64,000 nucleotides of DNA from Gemmatimonadales bacterium (lineage in GTDB: Bacteria; Gemmatimonadota; Gemmatimonadetes; Gemmatimonadales; GWC2-71-9), in contig JBFXAY010000008.1 in assembly GCA_050183815.1 (NCBI GenBank), positions 4,451-68,450 of the forward strand. The letters are read 5' to 3'. The position numbers and the translations under genes were made by a program. This document shows, piece after piece, positions 35,445-44,318 of this stretch. The notes under the pieces are model-generated. The model worked only from the letters and a program-made list of their open reading frames with translations. It did no database searches and had not been told where the DNA came from. Numbering within the stretch: position 1 is the first letter of the stretch; every line of letters starts with the position of its first letter.

Positions 35445-36195
35445 GTTCGGCCTGCGAAAGACTCGCGATGCCCGAGGCGCCGATCTTGTCGAGAATCCGG
35501 TCCAGCTCCGCGCGATTGACTTCGTGGAGATTGTCCCGGCGGATCTTCGACCAGCGTTCGATGGCCTTGGTGGCGGACTCGAGCTTCGGGGCGCTTGGCC
35601 GGAGCGAGGACTGCCACTCCTTGAGCGGCCCCTGCTGGCGGCGCTCCATCCACTTGAGGTAGAGGAAGCCGCCCAGGAACCCGCCGAGATGGGCGAAGTG
35701 GGCGACGTTACCGCCCCGGCCGCCGGTCCCGAAGTAGAGCGACGCGACGGTCATGATCACGACCAGCCAGCGCGCTTCGATCGGGAAGACGCCCCAGATG
35801 TAGATCGGCTGGCGGGGCCAGAAGTAGGCAAAGCCGAGCTGGATTCCGAACACGGCACCGGACGCCCCGATCAGGACGCCGAAACCACCCACCGGCAGGG
35901 CGCTGAACGCCAGCCAGATGAGCCCGCCGACGATGCCGCTTGCCAGGTAGAGCCGGATGAAGTTCGCCCCGCCGAGGCGGGACTCGAGCACGGGCCCGAA
36001 GATGTAGAGCCCGAACATGTTCCAGAAGATGTGCCCGAAGCTGCCGTGGAGGAACATGTAGGTGATCAGCGACCACGGCCGCCAGAGCAGTCCCTGCGCC
36101 GACAGCGCGCCGAGCGCGGTGACGGCCGGCATCGTGCTCTGGAGCAGGAACGCCAGCGCGTTGGCCAGCAACAGGCGGAAGACCCAGGGCGTCAC
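35407..36195 (-). CDS. Rhomboid-family intramembrane serine protease with C-terminal cytoplasmic extension
   Basis: HGSFGHIFWNM, the catalytic GASGAVFG Ser and the AHLGGFLGG His. Start GTG 36195 (GTGA overlap with the cupin stop) is preferred over GTG 36240. Confidence 0.85.
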   Translation of the reverse strand: MTPWVFRLLLANALAFLLQSTMPAVTALGALSAQGLLWRPWSLITYMFLHGSFGHIFWNMFGLYIFGPVLESRLGGANFIRLYLASGIVGGLIWLAFSALPVGGFGVLIGASGAVFGIQLGFAYFWPRQPIYIWGVFPIEARWLVVIMTVASLYFGTGGRGGNVAHFAHLGGFLGGFLYLKWMERRQQGPLKEWQSSLRPSAPKLESATKAIERWSKIRRDNLHEVNRAELDRILDKIGASGIASLSQAEREFLDRFSSQLH

Positions 36196-36623
36196 GACCG
36201 CGGCCGATGCTCGCTCGGGTAATCGACGATGTGCTCCCACTCCCCGGCATCCGAGCGGGCCACGACCGCCACCACGTTCTCGGTATCGCTCAGGTTGAAG
36301 ACCTCGTGGGGCACGCCCGGCTCGATGAAGATGAAATCACCGGCCGCGTTGTCCACCTCATGGACCAGGCCATCACCGAACCGGTGCCGGACCCGGCCCT
36401 CGAGGATATAGAGCATCACCTCGAAGTCGACGTGAATGTGCGCGTAGGCGATGGCTCCGGGCGGCACGGTGGCCACGTTCATCGAGAGCTTTCGGGAACC
36501 GACGTTGGTCCCCGACAGCCCGGCCTTGTACTGAATGCCGTTCCAGGCCCGGCACAGGGCGCTCGACCGGAGCACATGAATCCCGTCGCCCCGCTCCGCG
36601 GGGGGTACTTGCTGCGTCGTCAC
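36192..36623 (-). CDS. Cupin domain protein
   Basis: Strong SD TAGGAGGA before GTG 36623. Cupin motifs PPGAIAYAHIHVDFEV and FIFIEPGVPHEVFN. Confidence 0.8.
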   Translation of the reverse strand: MTTQQVPPAERGDGIHVLRSSALCRAWNGIQYKAGLSGTNVGSRKLSMNVATVPPGAIAYAHIHVDFEVMLYILEGRVRHRFGDGLVHEVDNAAGDFIFIEPGVPHEVFNLSDTENVVAVVARSDAGEWEHIVDYPSEHRPRS

Positions 36624-36704
36624 TGCCGAATCCTCCTAAGAAACGACGCCGGGTCCACCCCGGCCTTTCCGGCAATCTAACCCGGAGCGGACCGCCCGGC
36701 CGCC

Positions 36705-38198
36705 CTAACGCTCGAGCCGGAAATCGGGGTCCGTCGCCGGCCGCTCGGCGGCCTCGGCCACGAGCCAGCCGGTCGCGTACATCCAGGCGGCCATCCGGGC
36801 CAGCTTCGCGGCGTCGATCCGGGAGGGCTCGTCCCGCGGCGTGTGATAGTCGGGGTGGAGCAGCGTGGTGTAGAAGAGCGCGGGAATACCGAGCCGGGCG
36901 TAGGGGGCGTGATCGCTCCGGAAGTACCAGCCCTCGGGATGCGACGGCCGGTCCCAGGCGGTATCGACCACGAACCGCCCCACCCTCCGGTTCGCCTCGA
37001 ACGCCATGTCGGCCAGCGCTTGCGACGTTCGGTGCGGCGGCTGGACGCCGAGCAGGGCCGCGCTGTCCGGCGCGTTGCGGCCGATCATGTCGGCGTTGAG
37101 CACCGCCACGATCGACTGGCGCGGCACCACCGGGTGGGCGGCATGCCAGACGCTGCCGAGGAGGCCCCGTTCTTCGGCGCCATGCCAGACGAACAGCGCC
37201 GAACGCCGGCCCGGGCGGACCGCAAACGCCCGGGCGATCGCCAGCATCCCGACACTGACCGACGCGTTGTCGTCCGCGCCGTTCCAGATCGAGTCTCCGG
37301 CAACCGCGCCGCGAACGCCGTCGTGATCCTGGTGCCCGCTGAAGAGAACGTACTCGTCGCGAAGGCGAGGGTCCGAGCCGCGGACCCGGCCGACCACGTT
37401 GACCGAAGGATAGGTGAAGCTCTCCGCCGCCAGCTCGACCCGGACCGTTCCGCCACGGCGGATCCGTCGGCCCGCCTCCGCGGTGGCCCAGAGCAACGGG
37501 GGCGCCGTCGGCACCGGTCGCCCGGCGCCGGTTGAGTCGATCCCGTAGTTCCCCCGCATCCGCCCCGCGGCGCCGAACGCCCAGGCGGAATCCGCCGTCG
37601 CGTCGCTCACGAGAATGACCGCCGCGGCACCGCTCCGAAGCAGGGTCTGGCCGATCTCGCCGATCGCGGCGAGGACGTAGCGGAACGGCCGGACGCTGAT
37701 TCCGGCCGGAACCGGACGCCGCGGTTCCCGCATCGTCGCGACGACCACCTTGCCCTTGAGGTCACGACCGGCGAGATCGGCCTCCCGGGCCTCGCCGACG
37801 TCGACGATCGGCCCCTCGACCCGCGCGTTCACCACCGTGAACGGCACGATCTCCCGCCCGAGGGCCAACGGCGCCCCGTCGAGCGCCACCACGCTCGCTT
37901 CGCTCACCCGGGTACGCCGAAGCGACCAGAATTGGAAAAAGGTACCGTCGTCACCCGCGGGCTCGAGGCCCGCCGCCCGAGCCCGCTCGGCGACCCACAT
38001 CGACGCGGTCAGTTCGTCCACCGTCCCGGCCTCGCGCCCGCGGAATCGGTCGCCGGCGAGGATGTCGATGTCGGACCGGAGGTCCGCCTCGCGGATCGCG
38101 GACAGGCCCGGAAATTCTCCGGACGGCCGGGGCGAGGAGACGGCACCGCCGGCACAGGCGGCAACCAGCAGAACGCTGGCGGGCAGGAAGACACGCAT
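36705..38198 (-). CDS. M28-family zinc aminopeptidase with PA domain, lipoprotein
   Basis: Lipobox LLVAAC. M28 motifs SGHQDHDG and HGAEERGLLGS. GAGG upstream of ATG 38198. Confidence 0.85.
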   Translation of the reverse strand: MRVFLPASVLLVAACAGGAVSSPRPSGEFPGLSAIREADLRSDIDILAGDRFRGREAGTVDELTASMWVAERARAAGLEPAGDDGTFFQFWSLRRTRVSEASVVALDGAPLALGREIVPFTVVNARVEGPIVDVGEAREADLAGRDLKGKVVVATMREPRRPVPAGISVRPFRYVLAAIGEIGQTLLRSGAAAVILVSDATADSAWAFGAAGRMRGNYGIDSTGAGRPVPTAPPLLWATAEAGRRIRRGGTVRVELAAESFTYPSVNVVGRVRGSDPRLRDEYVLFSGHQDHDGVRGAVAGDSIWNGADDNASVSVGMLAIARAFAVRPGRRSALFVWHGAEERGLLGSVWHAAHPVVPRQSIVAVLNADMIGRNAPDSAALLGVQPPHRTSQALADMAFEANRRVGRFVVDTAWDRPSHPEGWYFRSDHAPYARLGIPALFYTTLLHPDYHTPRDEPSRIDAAKLARMAAWMYATGWLVAEAAERPATDPDFRLER

Positions 38199-38247
38199 CG
38201 CAAGGACCTCGTCGTTCGTCGGAGCGGACTCCGCCGCGGAGCCCCGG

Positions 38248-38263
38248 CCGAAACTAGCGGCCG
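38248..38263 (-). promoter_or_regulatory. 16-nt element CGGCCGCTAGTTTCGG, copy 2, upstream of M28 peptidase gene
   Basis: Identical to 7577..7592. Lies 49 nt upstream of ATG 38198. Confidence 0.4.
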
Positions 38264-38288
38264 AAGCGCCCCGGCGGAACGACGAGGC

Positions 38289-38723
38289 TCAGGCCCGGTT
38301 CGGCCGCGGCCGCGGCCACAACAGCGCGACGGCGAACACCACCGAGGTGAGAACGAACGAGACGAGCGGCGGTGGAATCCGGTGGCGGAAGTACCCGACG
38401 GCGAGCGCGGCCGAGACGATCAGGTTGACTGCCGCGAGGGCCCGGAGCCGGCCCGGCTCCGCCAGCCGCCAGCCCGCGACCAGGCCGAGCAGGGCCAGAC
38501 CGGCCGTCAACACCGACATGGTGAGACTCAGCGCCTGCTGGATGTCGAACACCGATGGCGCCATCCCGAACCCCATGGGCGTCCGATAGTCGCGGCTGGC
38601 CGCGTCGAGCGCCTGATACGCCGCATCGGCCGGCGGCGGCTGCAGGTGCCCCATGGTGTGCGCGACCGCAACGAGCAGCAGCAACCAGCACCCGGTCAGA
38701 TAGGCGCGACGGGCTCCGGTCAC
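38289..38723 (-). CDS. Hypothetical 4-TM membrane protein
   Basis: Track ORF trimmed to GTG 38723, which overlaps the upstream SRPBCC stop (GTGA). Hydrophobic helices throughout. Confidence 0.55.
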   Translation of the reverse strand: MTGARRAYLTGCWLLLLVAVAHTMGHLQPPPADAAYQALDAASRDYRTPMGFGMAPSVFDIQQALSLTMSVLTAGLALLGLVAGWRLAEPGRLRALAAVNLIVSAALAVGYFRHRIPPPLVSFVLTSVVFAVALLWPRPRPNRA

Positions 38724-39274
38724 GACACCCGCTCGATTTCGCCGCCCATTCGGTCCCTGGGATCGCCGGCGGGACGCCGGAGCCGCTGCGCGCCGCCGAT
38801 CACCGCGGCGAGCACGTCCATCGTCCGCACGAAACCGCCGCGGCGGCCGGCCCAGACGTCGAGCACGTAGCGCCAACCGATCCCGTACCCCTTGGCGGCC
38901 TTCGGGCCGAGGGCGCCGAGGTTTTCCCACCCGGTGTGCACCAACTCGAGCCGGGTGCCGGGGCCTTCGGCGCGGAAGGTCAACTCGACGTCCTGCGCGG
39001 TATCGGGTGAGCGGCTCGGATGCCAGGTGAATCGGACCCGCGCCGGCGGCTCCCACACCGTGACCTCCCCCCACTGGAAGCGGCGTCCGTCCGTGTGCTC
39101 CTCATAGATCCGGCCACCCAGCCGGCCCTCGAACACCACCGCCTTCACCACTTTGCCGCCCACCGAGTGGGTCCGGCTCGGCCACCAGGTTCCGATCTCC
39201 TGGGTGAACCGCCGGAAGGCGGCCTCCGGCGGCCACGGCACCACGATCGACCGGCGGACCGGCGGAATCGTCAT
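38720..39274 (-). CDS. SRPBCC-superfamily protein (Aha1/START-like, activator of Hsp90 ATPase homolog 1-like)
   Basis: Track ORF trimmed to ATG 39274 (ATGA overlap with the arsR-type stop). Has VPWPPEAAFRRFTQEIGTWWP, typical of this family. This family is a classic ArsR partner. Confidence 0.8.
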   Translation of the reverse strand: MTIPPVRRSIVVPWPPEAAFRRFTQEIGTWWPSRTHSVGGKVVKAVVFEGRLGGRIYEEHTDGRRFQWGEVTVWEPPARVRFTWHPSRSPDTAQDVELTFRAEGPGTRLELVHTGWENLGALGPKAAKGYGIGWRYVLDVWAGRRGGFVRTMDVLAAVIGGAQRLRRPAGDPRDRMGGEIERVS

Positions 39275-39627
39275 CGGCTCCTCCTTCTGACGGGCGGCCG
39301 CGGGGCCGGCGCGGCCTCGGAAGCACGGCCATCGGCGACCGCCGGGCCCGCATAGGCGCTCAGCACATCGTCCCAGAGCGACTCGACGTACCGGCGCAGT
39401 TCGACGAGGCCATCGGGAACCGCCTGGTAGAAGCGCCGGGTGCCCTCCTGCCGGTGCGACACGAGCCGGGCTCGCCGCAGGACCCGCAGATGCTGCGACA
39501 CGGCGGGCTGGGTGATCGCGGCGGCCCGGGCCAATTCGCCGACTGAGTGCGGTCGGCGGCGGAGCCGTTCGTAGAGGCGGCGTCGGGTGGGATCCGCGAG
39601 TGCCGTGAGGGTTTGATGATAGGCCAT
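39271..39627 (-). CDS. ArsR/SmtB-family transcriptional regulator
   Basis: wHTH ALADPTRRRLYERL...HSVGELARAAAITQPAVSQHLRVLRRARLV. ATG 39627. Confidence 0.9.
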   Translation of the reverse strand: MAYHQTLTALADPTRRRLYERLRRRPHSVGELARAAAITQPAVSQHLRVLRRARLVSHRQEGTRRFYQAVPDGLVELRRYVESLWDDVLSAYAGPAVADGRASEAAPAPRPPVRRRSR

Positions 39628-39657
39628 CACTTATATAATCGTACACTTATAAAGAAT
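39628..39657 (-). promoter_or_regulatory. AT-rich promoter/operator island abutting the arsR-type start codon
   Basis: The most AT-rich spot I noticed in the window: CACTTATATAATCGTACACTTATAAAGAAT. It holds the palindrome TTATATAA and a direct repeat ACTTATA with 15-bp spacing, immediately 5' of ATG 39627. Confidence 0.4.
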
Positions 39658-39949
39658 CGGCAAGGGCCCCGGCGGCGGACCGGACGAGTCCGTTTCAGCG
39701 CGGGCGGCGGAGCGCGGGACCCACTACCGAGCAGCGAGTCGAGCCGACCCCGTTCGGCCGGCTCCAGGGTCGCGTCGAGCCGCTGTCGGGTCTCCCGAGT
39801 CACGTCGCGAACCCGAGTACGTGCGAGTCAGAGCCACGGTATCCCGGTCGCCCGGCGCAACCGGGGAGCTACGTGCTCGTCCCCCTCGCCTTGCCCTGCC
39901 GCCAGGGTCGCGGCAACTTGCGCCTCGACCTCCACCTTCGACGGTCTTC

Positions 39950-40396
39950 ATGCCGATCGTTCTCGCGATCGCGATTGCGCTGCTGATCGGTGCCGGCCTC
40001 TCGACCCAGGCCGGCGTCAACGCCTCGCTCCGGTCGGCCCTCGGCCACCCGTTCCACGCGGCCGTCGTGAACTTCGCCGTCGGCGGCGCGACGGTGCTCC
40101 TGCTCGCGATCGCGACGGGACTCCGCCCGCCCCCGGCGGGGCATTTCGCCCGCACCTCGCCGTGGATGTATCTCGGCGGCGTGATCGGGGCGCTCTATGT
40201 GTCCGGCGTGATTGCGCTGGCGCCCCGCCTCGGTGCGGCGACGCTCATGGCGCTCATCGTCACGGGCCAACTCGTGGCGGCCACGGTCATCGACCACTAC
40301 GGCTGGCTCGGCTTCACCGTCCATCCCGCCGGCGGCCCCCGCCTCGTCGGCGTCCTCCTCCTCATCGCCGGGGTGGTGCTGGTTCGGCGCGGCTGA
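39950..40396 (+). CDS. DMT-superfamily transporter, DUF606 (YdcZ-like)
   Basis: Track ORF trimmed to ATG 39950. 148 aa, five hydrophobic helices, and QAGVNASL near the N-terminus typical of DUF606. Confidence 0.7.
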   Translation: MPIVLAIAIALLIGAGLSTQAGVNASLRSALGHPFHAAVVNFAVGGATVLLLAIATGLRPPPAGHFARTSPWMYLGGVIGALYVSGVIALAPRLGAATLMALIVTGQLVAATVIDHYGWLGFTVHPAGGPRLVGVLLLIAGVVLVRRG

Positions 40397-40494
40397 CCGC
40401 CCGGCGAGGCGCCGGGCCGCTGGGCGACGGGCGGTAGCAGCGGGGGGTCCGGTTTTCCGATCGTTGGCTCCGACTCATCGCCCCGGGCGGTCGC

Positions 40495-42948
40495 ATGTCG
40501 GAGCTGGTCCGCAATCTCGTCGGCGTCTGGCGCGGAGCCCGCCGCCAGCCGGTCTTCTCGCTCACCGTCCTGCTGACGCTCGCCCTGGGCTCGGGCGCCG
40601 CGCTGGCGGTGTGGAGCCTCCTCGACGGCGTCCTGCTCCGCCCCCTGCCCTATCCCGGCTCCGAGCGCTTGATCGGCCTCTGGTTCGAGTCGCCGAATTT
40701 CCCGGGCGGGCTGAGCCGGGTCCGCCAGTCCATCGGCACCTTCATCCATTTCCGCGATCGATCCCGTACGCTCGAGGCCATGGCCCTCGCGGAGCAGACC
40801 GCGGTCACGCTCGACCAGCGCAACGACCCCGTCCGGGTGGCCGCCGCCGTCGTCACGCCGGAGATCACCCGGGTCCTCGGCATCGCCCCCGTCCTGGGTC
40901 GCTCGTTCGGCGCCGAGGACAATGCGCCCGGCGCGGAACCCACCGCGGTGATCGGCACCGGTCTTTGGGCCGGCCGCTACGGTCGGGATCCGGCGGTCGT
41001 CGGGCAGTCGCTCGAAGTCGACGGCGTCTCCCGCCGGATCATCGGCGTCCTGCCCGCCGTCGATCGCTTCCCCGTCGACGGGACCACGATCTGGCTGCCG
41101 CTCGAGGTCGATCCCACCCGCCCGGCGACGGGTTTCATCTACACCGGCTACGCCCGGGTCGCCGCCGGAGCGAGTGCCGGCGACATCCGCACGGATCTCG
41201 AGCGGGTCCTGGCGCTGCTGCCGGAGGCCTACCCGCAGATCTTTCCGCAGGCCCTGTTCGATCGGCTCAAGATCTCGGTGCACCAGGTGCCGCTCCACGA
41301 GGAGACCGTGGGCGCCGTGCGGCAGCCGCTCCTGATCGTGGCGCTCGCCATGGGCGTGCTGCTGCTGGTGGTCGTTGCCAACGCCGTGACCCTGTTCCTC
41401 GTCCGGTCCGAATGGCGCCGGCACGATCTCGCGGTGCGGCTGGCCGCCGGGGCGGGGCTGCCGCGGGTCACGGCCGCGTTGCTCGTCGAGGGCTTCGCCT
41501 ACTCGCTCACCGCCGGCGCCCTCGGCTTCGGCATCGCGGCCGGACTGCTGCGCTGGCTCCGCGGTCTCGACGCCGGGTTGATTCCCCGGCTCGCCGAGGT
41601 GGGCCTCGATGGGCGCGCGGTCGGATTCGGAATCGCCGTGGCCGCGGGAAGCGGCCTCGTCCTGGGACTGGTTCCGGCGCTTCGCCTCCGCGGTTTCGAT
41701 GTGGCGGGCACCCTCCGGATCGGCGGCAGGTCGGTGAGCGGCAGCCGGGCAGCCGTCCGGCTCCGGTCGGCGCTGGTGGCGGGGCAGGTGGCCGCCGCGG
41801 TCGTGCTGCTGAGCGGCGCCGCGGTGCTGGTCCGGAGCTTTGCCGCGCTCCGCAACGTCGATCCGGGGTTCACCGCCGACCAGGTCCTCGGCGCCCGGCT
41901 GTTCGCGGCCCCGACCGAGTTCCCCGCCTTCGCCGACGTGCGGCGCTTCTATCTGGAAACCATTGACCGGACCCGGGCACTCGCCGGTGTCGAGGCCGCG
42001 GGCGGCGTGTCGTTCCTGCCGCTTCGGGACGGGCGGATCTTCTACCCCTACGAAACCGAAGGCGCCGGGCCGGACGAACTGCCCAATCCCCGCCTCACCA
42101 AGATCGTGACGGACGGTTACCTGGAGGCGATGCGGATCGGCGTGGTCGGCGGCCGATCGTTCACCCGCGACGACCTCGAGCAGGCGAGTGACGCCGTGAT
42201 CGTCAACACGGCGTTCGCGGCCGCGCATTGGGGCTCGGTGGACGTCATCGGCAAACGGATCCGGCAGTCGGGCAGCGGCGGCGGGCAGGCGGGCAACTGG
42301 CTCACGGTCGTCGGCGTCGTCCAGGCGGTTCGCGACCGCGATCTTCGAACCGCAGCGGCGCCGATCGTGTACCTGCCGATGCAGGAGCGGCACGCGACCG
42401 ATCGCCGCTGGCGCGAGTTGAGTATCGCGATCCGGGCACCGAATCCCGCGGCCGTTTCCGGGCCGTTCCGGGCGGTCGTCCGCGCGGTGAACCGGGCCGT
42501 CCCGGTGACCGACGTTCGGACGATGGCGCAGGCGGTCTCGGACGCGACCGGCCGGGATCGGTATGCGATGCAGCTGCTGCTCTTCTCGGCGCTCGCCACG
42601 CTGTTTCTCGCGGCGGTGGGCCTGTACGGCTTGATGGCATTCGTCGTGGCCGGGCGCCGCCGGGAACTGGGCCTCCGCCTGGCCCTGGGCGCTACGCCCG
42701 CGGAGCTTCGCGGCCTGGTGTTCCGCCAGGCGCTCCGGCTGACGGCCCTGGGCGGGCTCATCGGCGTCGTCGCGAGCGCGCTCGGGCGGGGCTGGCTTCG
42801 GGCGCTGGTGTACGGCGCCTCACGGGCGGATCTGCTCGCCCCGGCGGCCGCCGCGGTGGCCCTCGGCGCGGTGGCCGTGGTCGCCGCGTGGTCGCCGGCG
42901 CGCCGCGCGGGCTCGGTGGCCCCCATCGTGGCATTGCAGGAGGAGTGA
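40495..42948 (+). CDS. ADOP-family duplicated orphan ABC permease (two MacB_PCD + FtsX modules)
   Basis: 817 aa. N-terminus VWRGARRQPVFSLTVLLTLALG, two FtsX-type 4-TM modules, and no ATPase gene adjacent. Confidence 0.85.
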   Translation: MSELVRNLVGVWRGARRQPVFSLTVLLTLALGSGAALAVWSLLDGVLLRPLPYPGSERLIGLWFESPNFPGGLSRVRQSIGTFIHFRDRSRTLEAMALAEQTAVTLDQRNDPVRVAAAVVTPEITRVLGIAPVLGRSFGAEDNAPGAEPTAVIGTGLWAGRYGRDPAVVGQSLEVDGVSRRIIGVLPAVDRFPVDGTTIWLPLEVDPTRPATGFIYTGYARVAAGASAGDIRTDLERVLALLPEAYPQIFPQALFDRLKISVHQVPLHEETVGAVRQPLLIVALAMGVLLLVVVANAVTLFLVRSEWRRHDLAVRLAAGAGLPRVTAALLVEGFAYSLTAGALGFGIAAGLLRWLRGLDAGLIPRLAEVGLDGRAVGFGIAVAAGSGLVLGLVPALRLRGFDVAGTLRIGGRSVSGSRAAVRLRSALVAGQVAAAVVLLSGAAVLVRSFAALRNVDPGFTADQVLGARLFAAPTEFPAFADVRRFYLETIDRTRALAGVEAAGGVSFLPLRDGRIFYPYETEGAGPDELPNPRLTKIVTDGYLEAMRIGVVGGRSFTRDDLEQASDAVIVNTAFAAAHWGSVDVIGKRIRQSGSGGGQAGNWLTVVGVVQAVRDRDLRTAAAPIVYLPMQERHATDRRWRELSIAIRAPNPAAVSGPFRAVVRAVNRAVPVTDVRTMAQAVSDATGRDRYAMQLLLFSALATLFLAAVGLYGLMAFVVAGRRRELGLRLALGATPAELRGLVFRQALRLTALGGLIGVVASALGRGWLRALVYGASRADLLAPAAAAVALGAVAVVAAWSPARRAGSVAPIVALQEE

Positions 42949-43565
42949 TGCGAACCCGACTCGGCTGGATCGGCGCGGCGGTGCTGATCGTGGTCTACGG
43001 GGCGTTCGCCGTGGACCAGGGCGTCGCCGAGCTGGGCTTCCTCACTGGGGCCGGGCCGGAAGGCAAGCACCGCGCGGCGCCGGCGGCGTTCGTGATTCAT
43101 GCGTTCGCGGGGACGGTCGTCCTGCTGGCGGGGCCGCTCCAATCGCTCCGCTGGATCCGAGGGCGACGGAGGGTGCGGAAAGGGGTGGGTCTCGCCTATG
43201 TCGCGGGCGTCTGGGCCGCGGCCGGGACGGCGCTGGTCATGCTGCCCGGCTTCGCGGTCACGGCGCTTTCGCGGGCGATCTTCGCCGCGATCGCGGTGCT
43301 CTGGCTCGGGGTCACGTCCGCCGGGTTCGTCCAGGCCTGGCAAGGCCACCATCGGGCCAAGCACGCGTGGATGCTCCGGAGCTATGCCCTGACATTCTTC
43401 TTCGTCACGTTCAGCCTCTGGGCACCGCTGCTGGCCGCCACGCCGCTGCCGGCCGCCGTGAGCTATCCGGCGGCGCTGCTCCTCGGCGCCGGACTGAACC
43501 TGGCGGCCGCCGAGTGGGGAATCTCGAGGGTCGGTCACCGGGAAGCCGGCGCGCTGGTGGACTGA
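42948..43565 (+). CDS. DUF2306-like membrane protein, hypothetical
   Basis: ATG 42948 overlaps the permease stop by 1 nt (TGATG). Six hydrophobic helices with the central motif HRAKHAWMLRSY. Confidence 0.6.
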   Translation: MRTRLGWIGAAVLIVVYGAFAVDQGVAELGFLTGAGPEGKHRAAPAAFVIHAFAGTVVLLAGPLQSLRWIRGRRRVRKGVGLAYVAGVWAAAGTALVMLPGFAVTALSRAIFAAIAVLWLGVTSAGFVQAWQGHHRAKHAWMLRSYALTFFFVTFSLWAPLLAATPLPAAVSYPAALLLGAGLNLAAAEWGISRVGHREAGALVD

Positions 43566-43610
43566 TGGCCGGGGCGGCCGGCGAGGGATCCCGCAGTGCC
43601 TGGACCGCGC

Positions 43611-44318
43611 CTAACGCCGCAGCCGGGCGGCGTACCGGCGGCTCATCCGGACCGGTTCGTCGACCCCCGCCAGATAAAGATGGAAGGTCGACGCCGACCA
43701 CTCCTCGACCCGGGCCACATGATCGAGGTTCACGATCGTGGACCGGTGGACCCGCCGGAACAGCCGGGCCGGCAGCTTGACCTCCCAATCCCGCATCGGG
43801 CGGTCCATGAGGATGGCGCTTCGGTCGGCGAGGTGGACCCGGGTGTAGTCGCCGACCGCCTCGATCCATTTGATGGCCCGGATCTCCACGAATCGCCAGG
43901 TGGATCCGGCCTTCACGAAGATCCGGTCGCCCTCGCGGAACGGCCCGTCGTCGCCGGGCGGCCGTTCCTTGCTGGTGAGCCGGCGGACGGCTTCCTGGAG
44001 CTTGGCCAACTCGACCGGCTTGAGGAGATAGTGGACGGCACCGAGTTCGAAGGCGCGGACGGCGAACTCGTCGTAGGCGGTCACGAAGATCACGTCGAAC
44101 CGCGCCGGCGCCCGGGTCAGGAGATCGAAACCGGATTCCTTGCCGAGCTGGATGTCGAGGAAGACGAGTTCCGGATCGTGTTCGGCGATCATCGTGGCCG
44201 CGTCGGCCAGGCTCGCGGCCTCGCCGATCACGGTGATCTCCGGCACCAGGTCGAGCTGTTCCCGAAGGTCCCGCCGGGTGAGCCGCTCGTCCTCAACGAT
44301 CAGCGCGCGAATGGCCAT
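43611..44318 (-). CDS. LytR/AlgR-family response regulator (REC + LytTR DNA-binding domain)
   Basis: REC domain (LIVEDE, FLDIQL) and LytTR domain (IEAVGDYTRVH...HRSTIVNL). Confidence 0.9.
   Translation of the reverse strand: MAIRALIVEDERLTRRDLREQLDLVPEITVIGEAASLADAATMIAEHDPELVFLDIQLGKESGFDLLTRAPARFDVIFVTAYDEFAVRAFELGAVHYLLKPVELAKLQEAVRRLTSKERPPGDDGPFREGDRIFVKAGSTWRFVEIRAIKWIEAVGDYTRVHLADRSAILMDRPMRDWEVKLPARLFRRVHRSTIVNLDHVARVEEWSASTFHLYLAGVDEPVRMSRRYAARLRR

Noticed and set aside
39679-39700. String ACCGGACGAG resembling the 5' end of the guanidine-III (ykkC-III) riboswitch, upstream of a small transporter
   Set aside because: The rest of the ~41-nt consensus (the CCCGG...UCAGGACAAGACGG pseudoknot part) is absent, and the string lies about 270 nt from the transporter ATG. 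The match is too short to count.
40212-43538. ORFs 40212..41966 (+, 584 aa), 40297..42393 (-, 698 aa) and 42117..43538 (-, 473 aa)
   Set aside because: They overlap the ADOP permease and DUF2306 genes in other frames or on the other strand. The translations are low-complexity R/G/P/A sequences.
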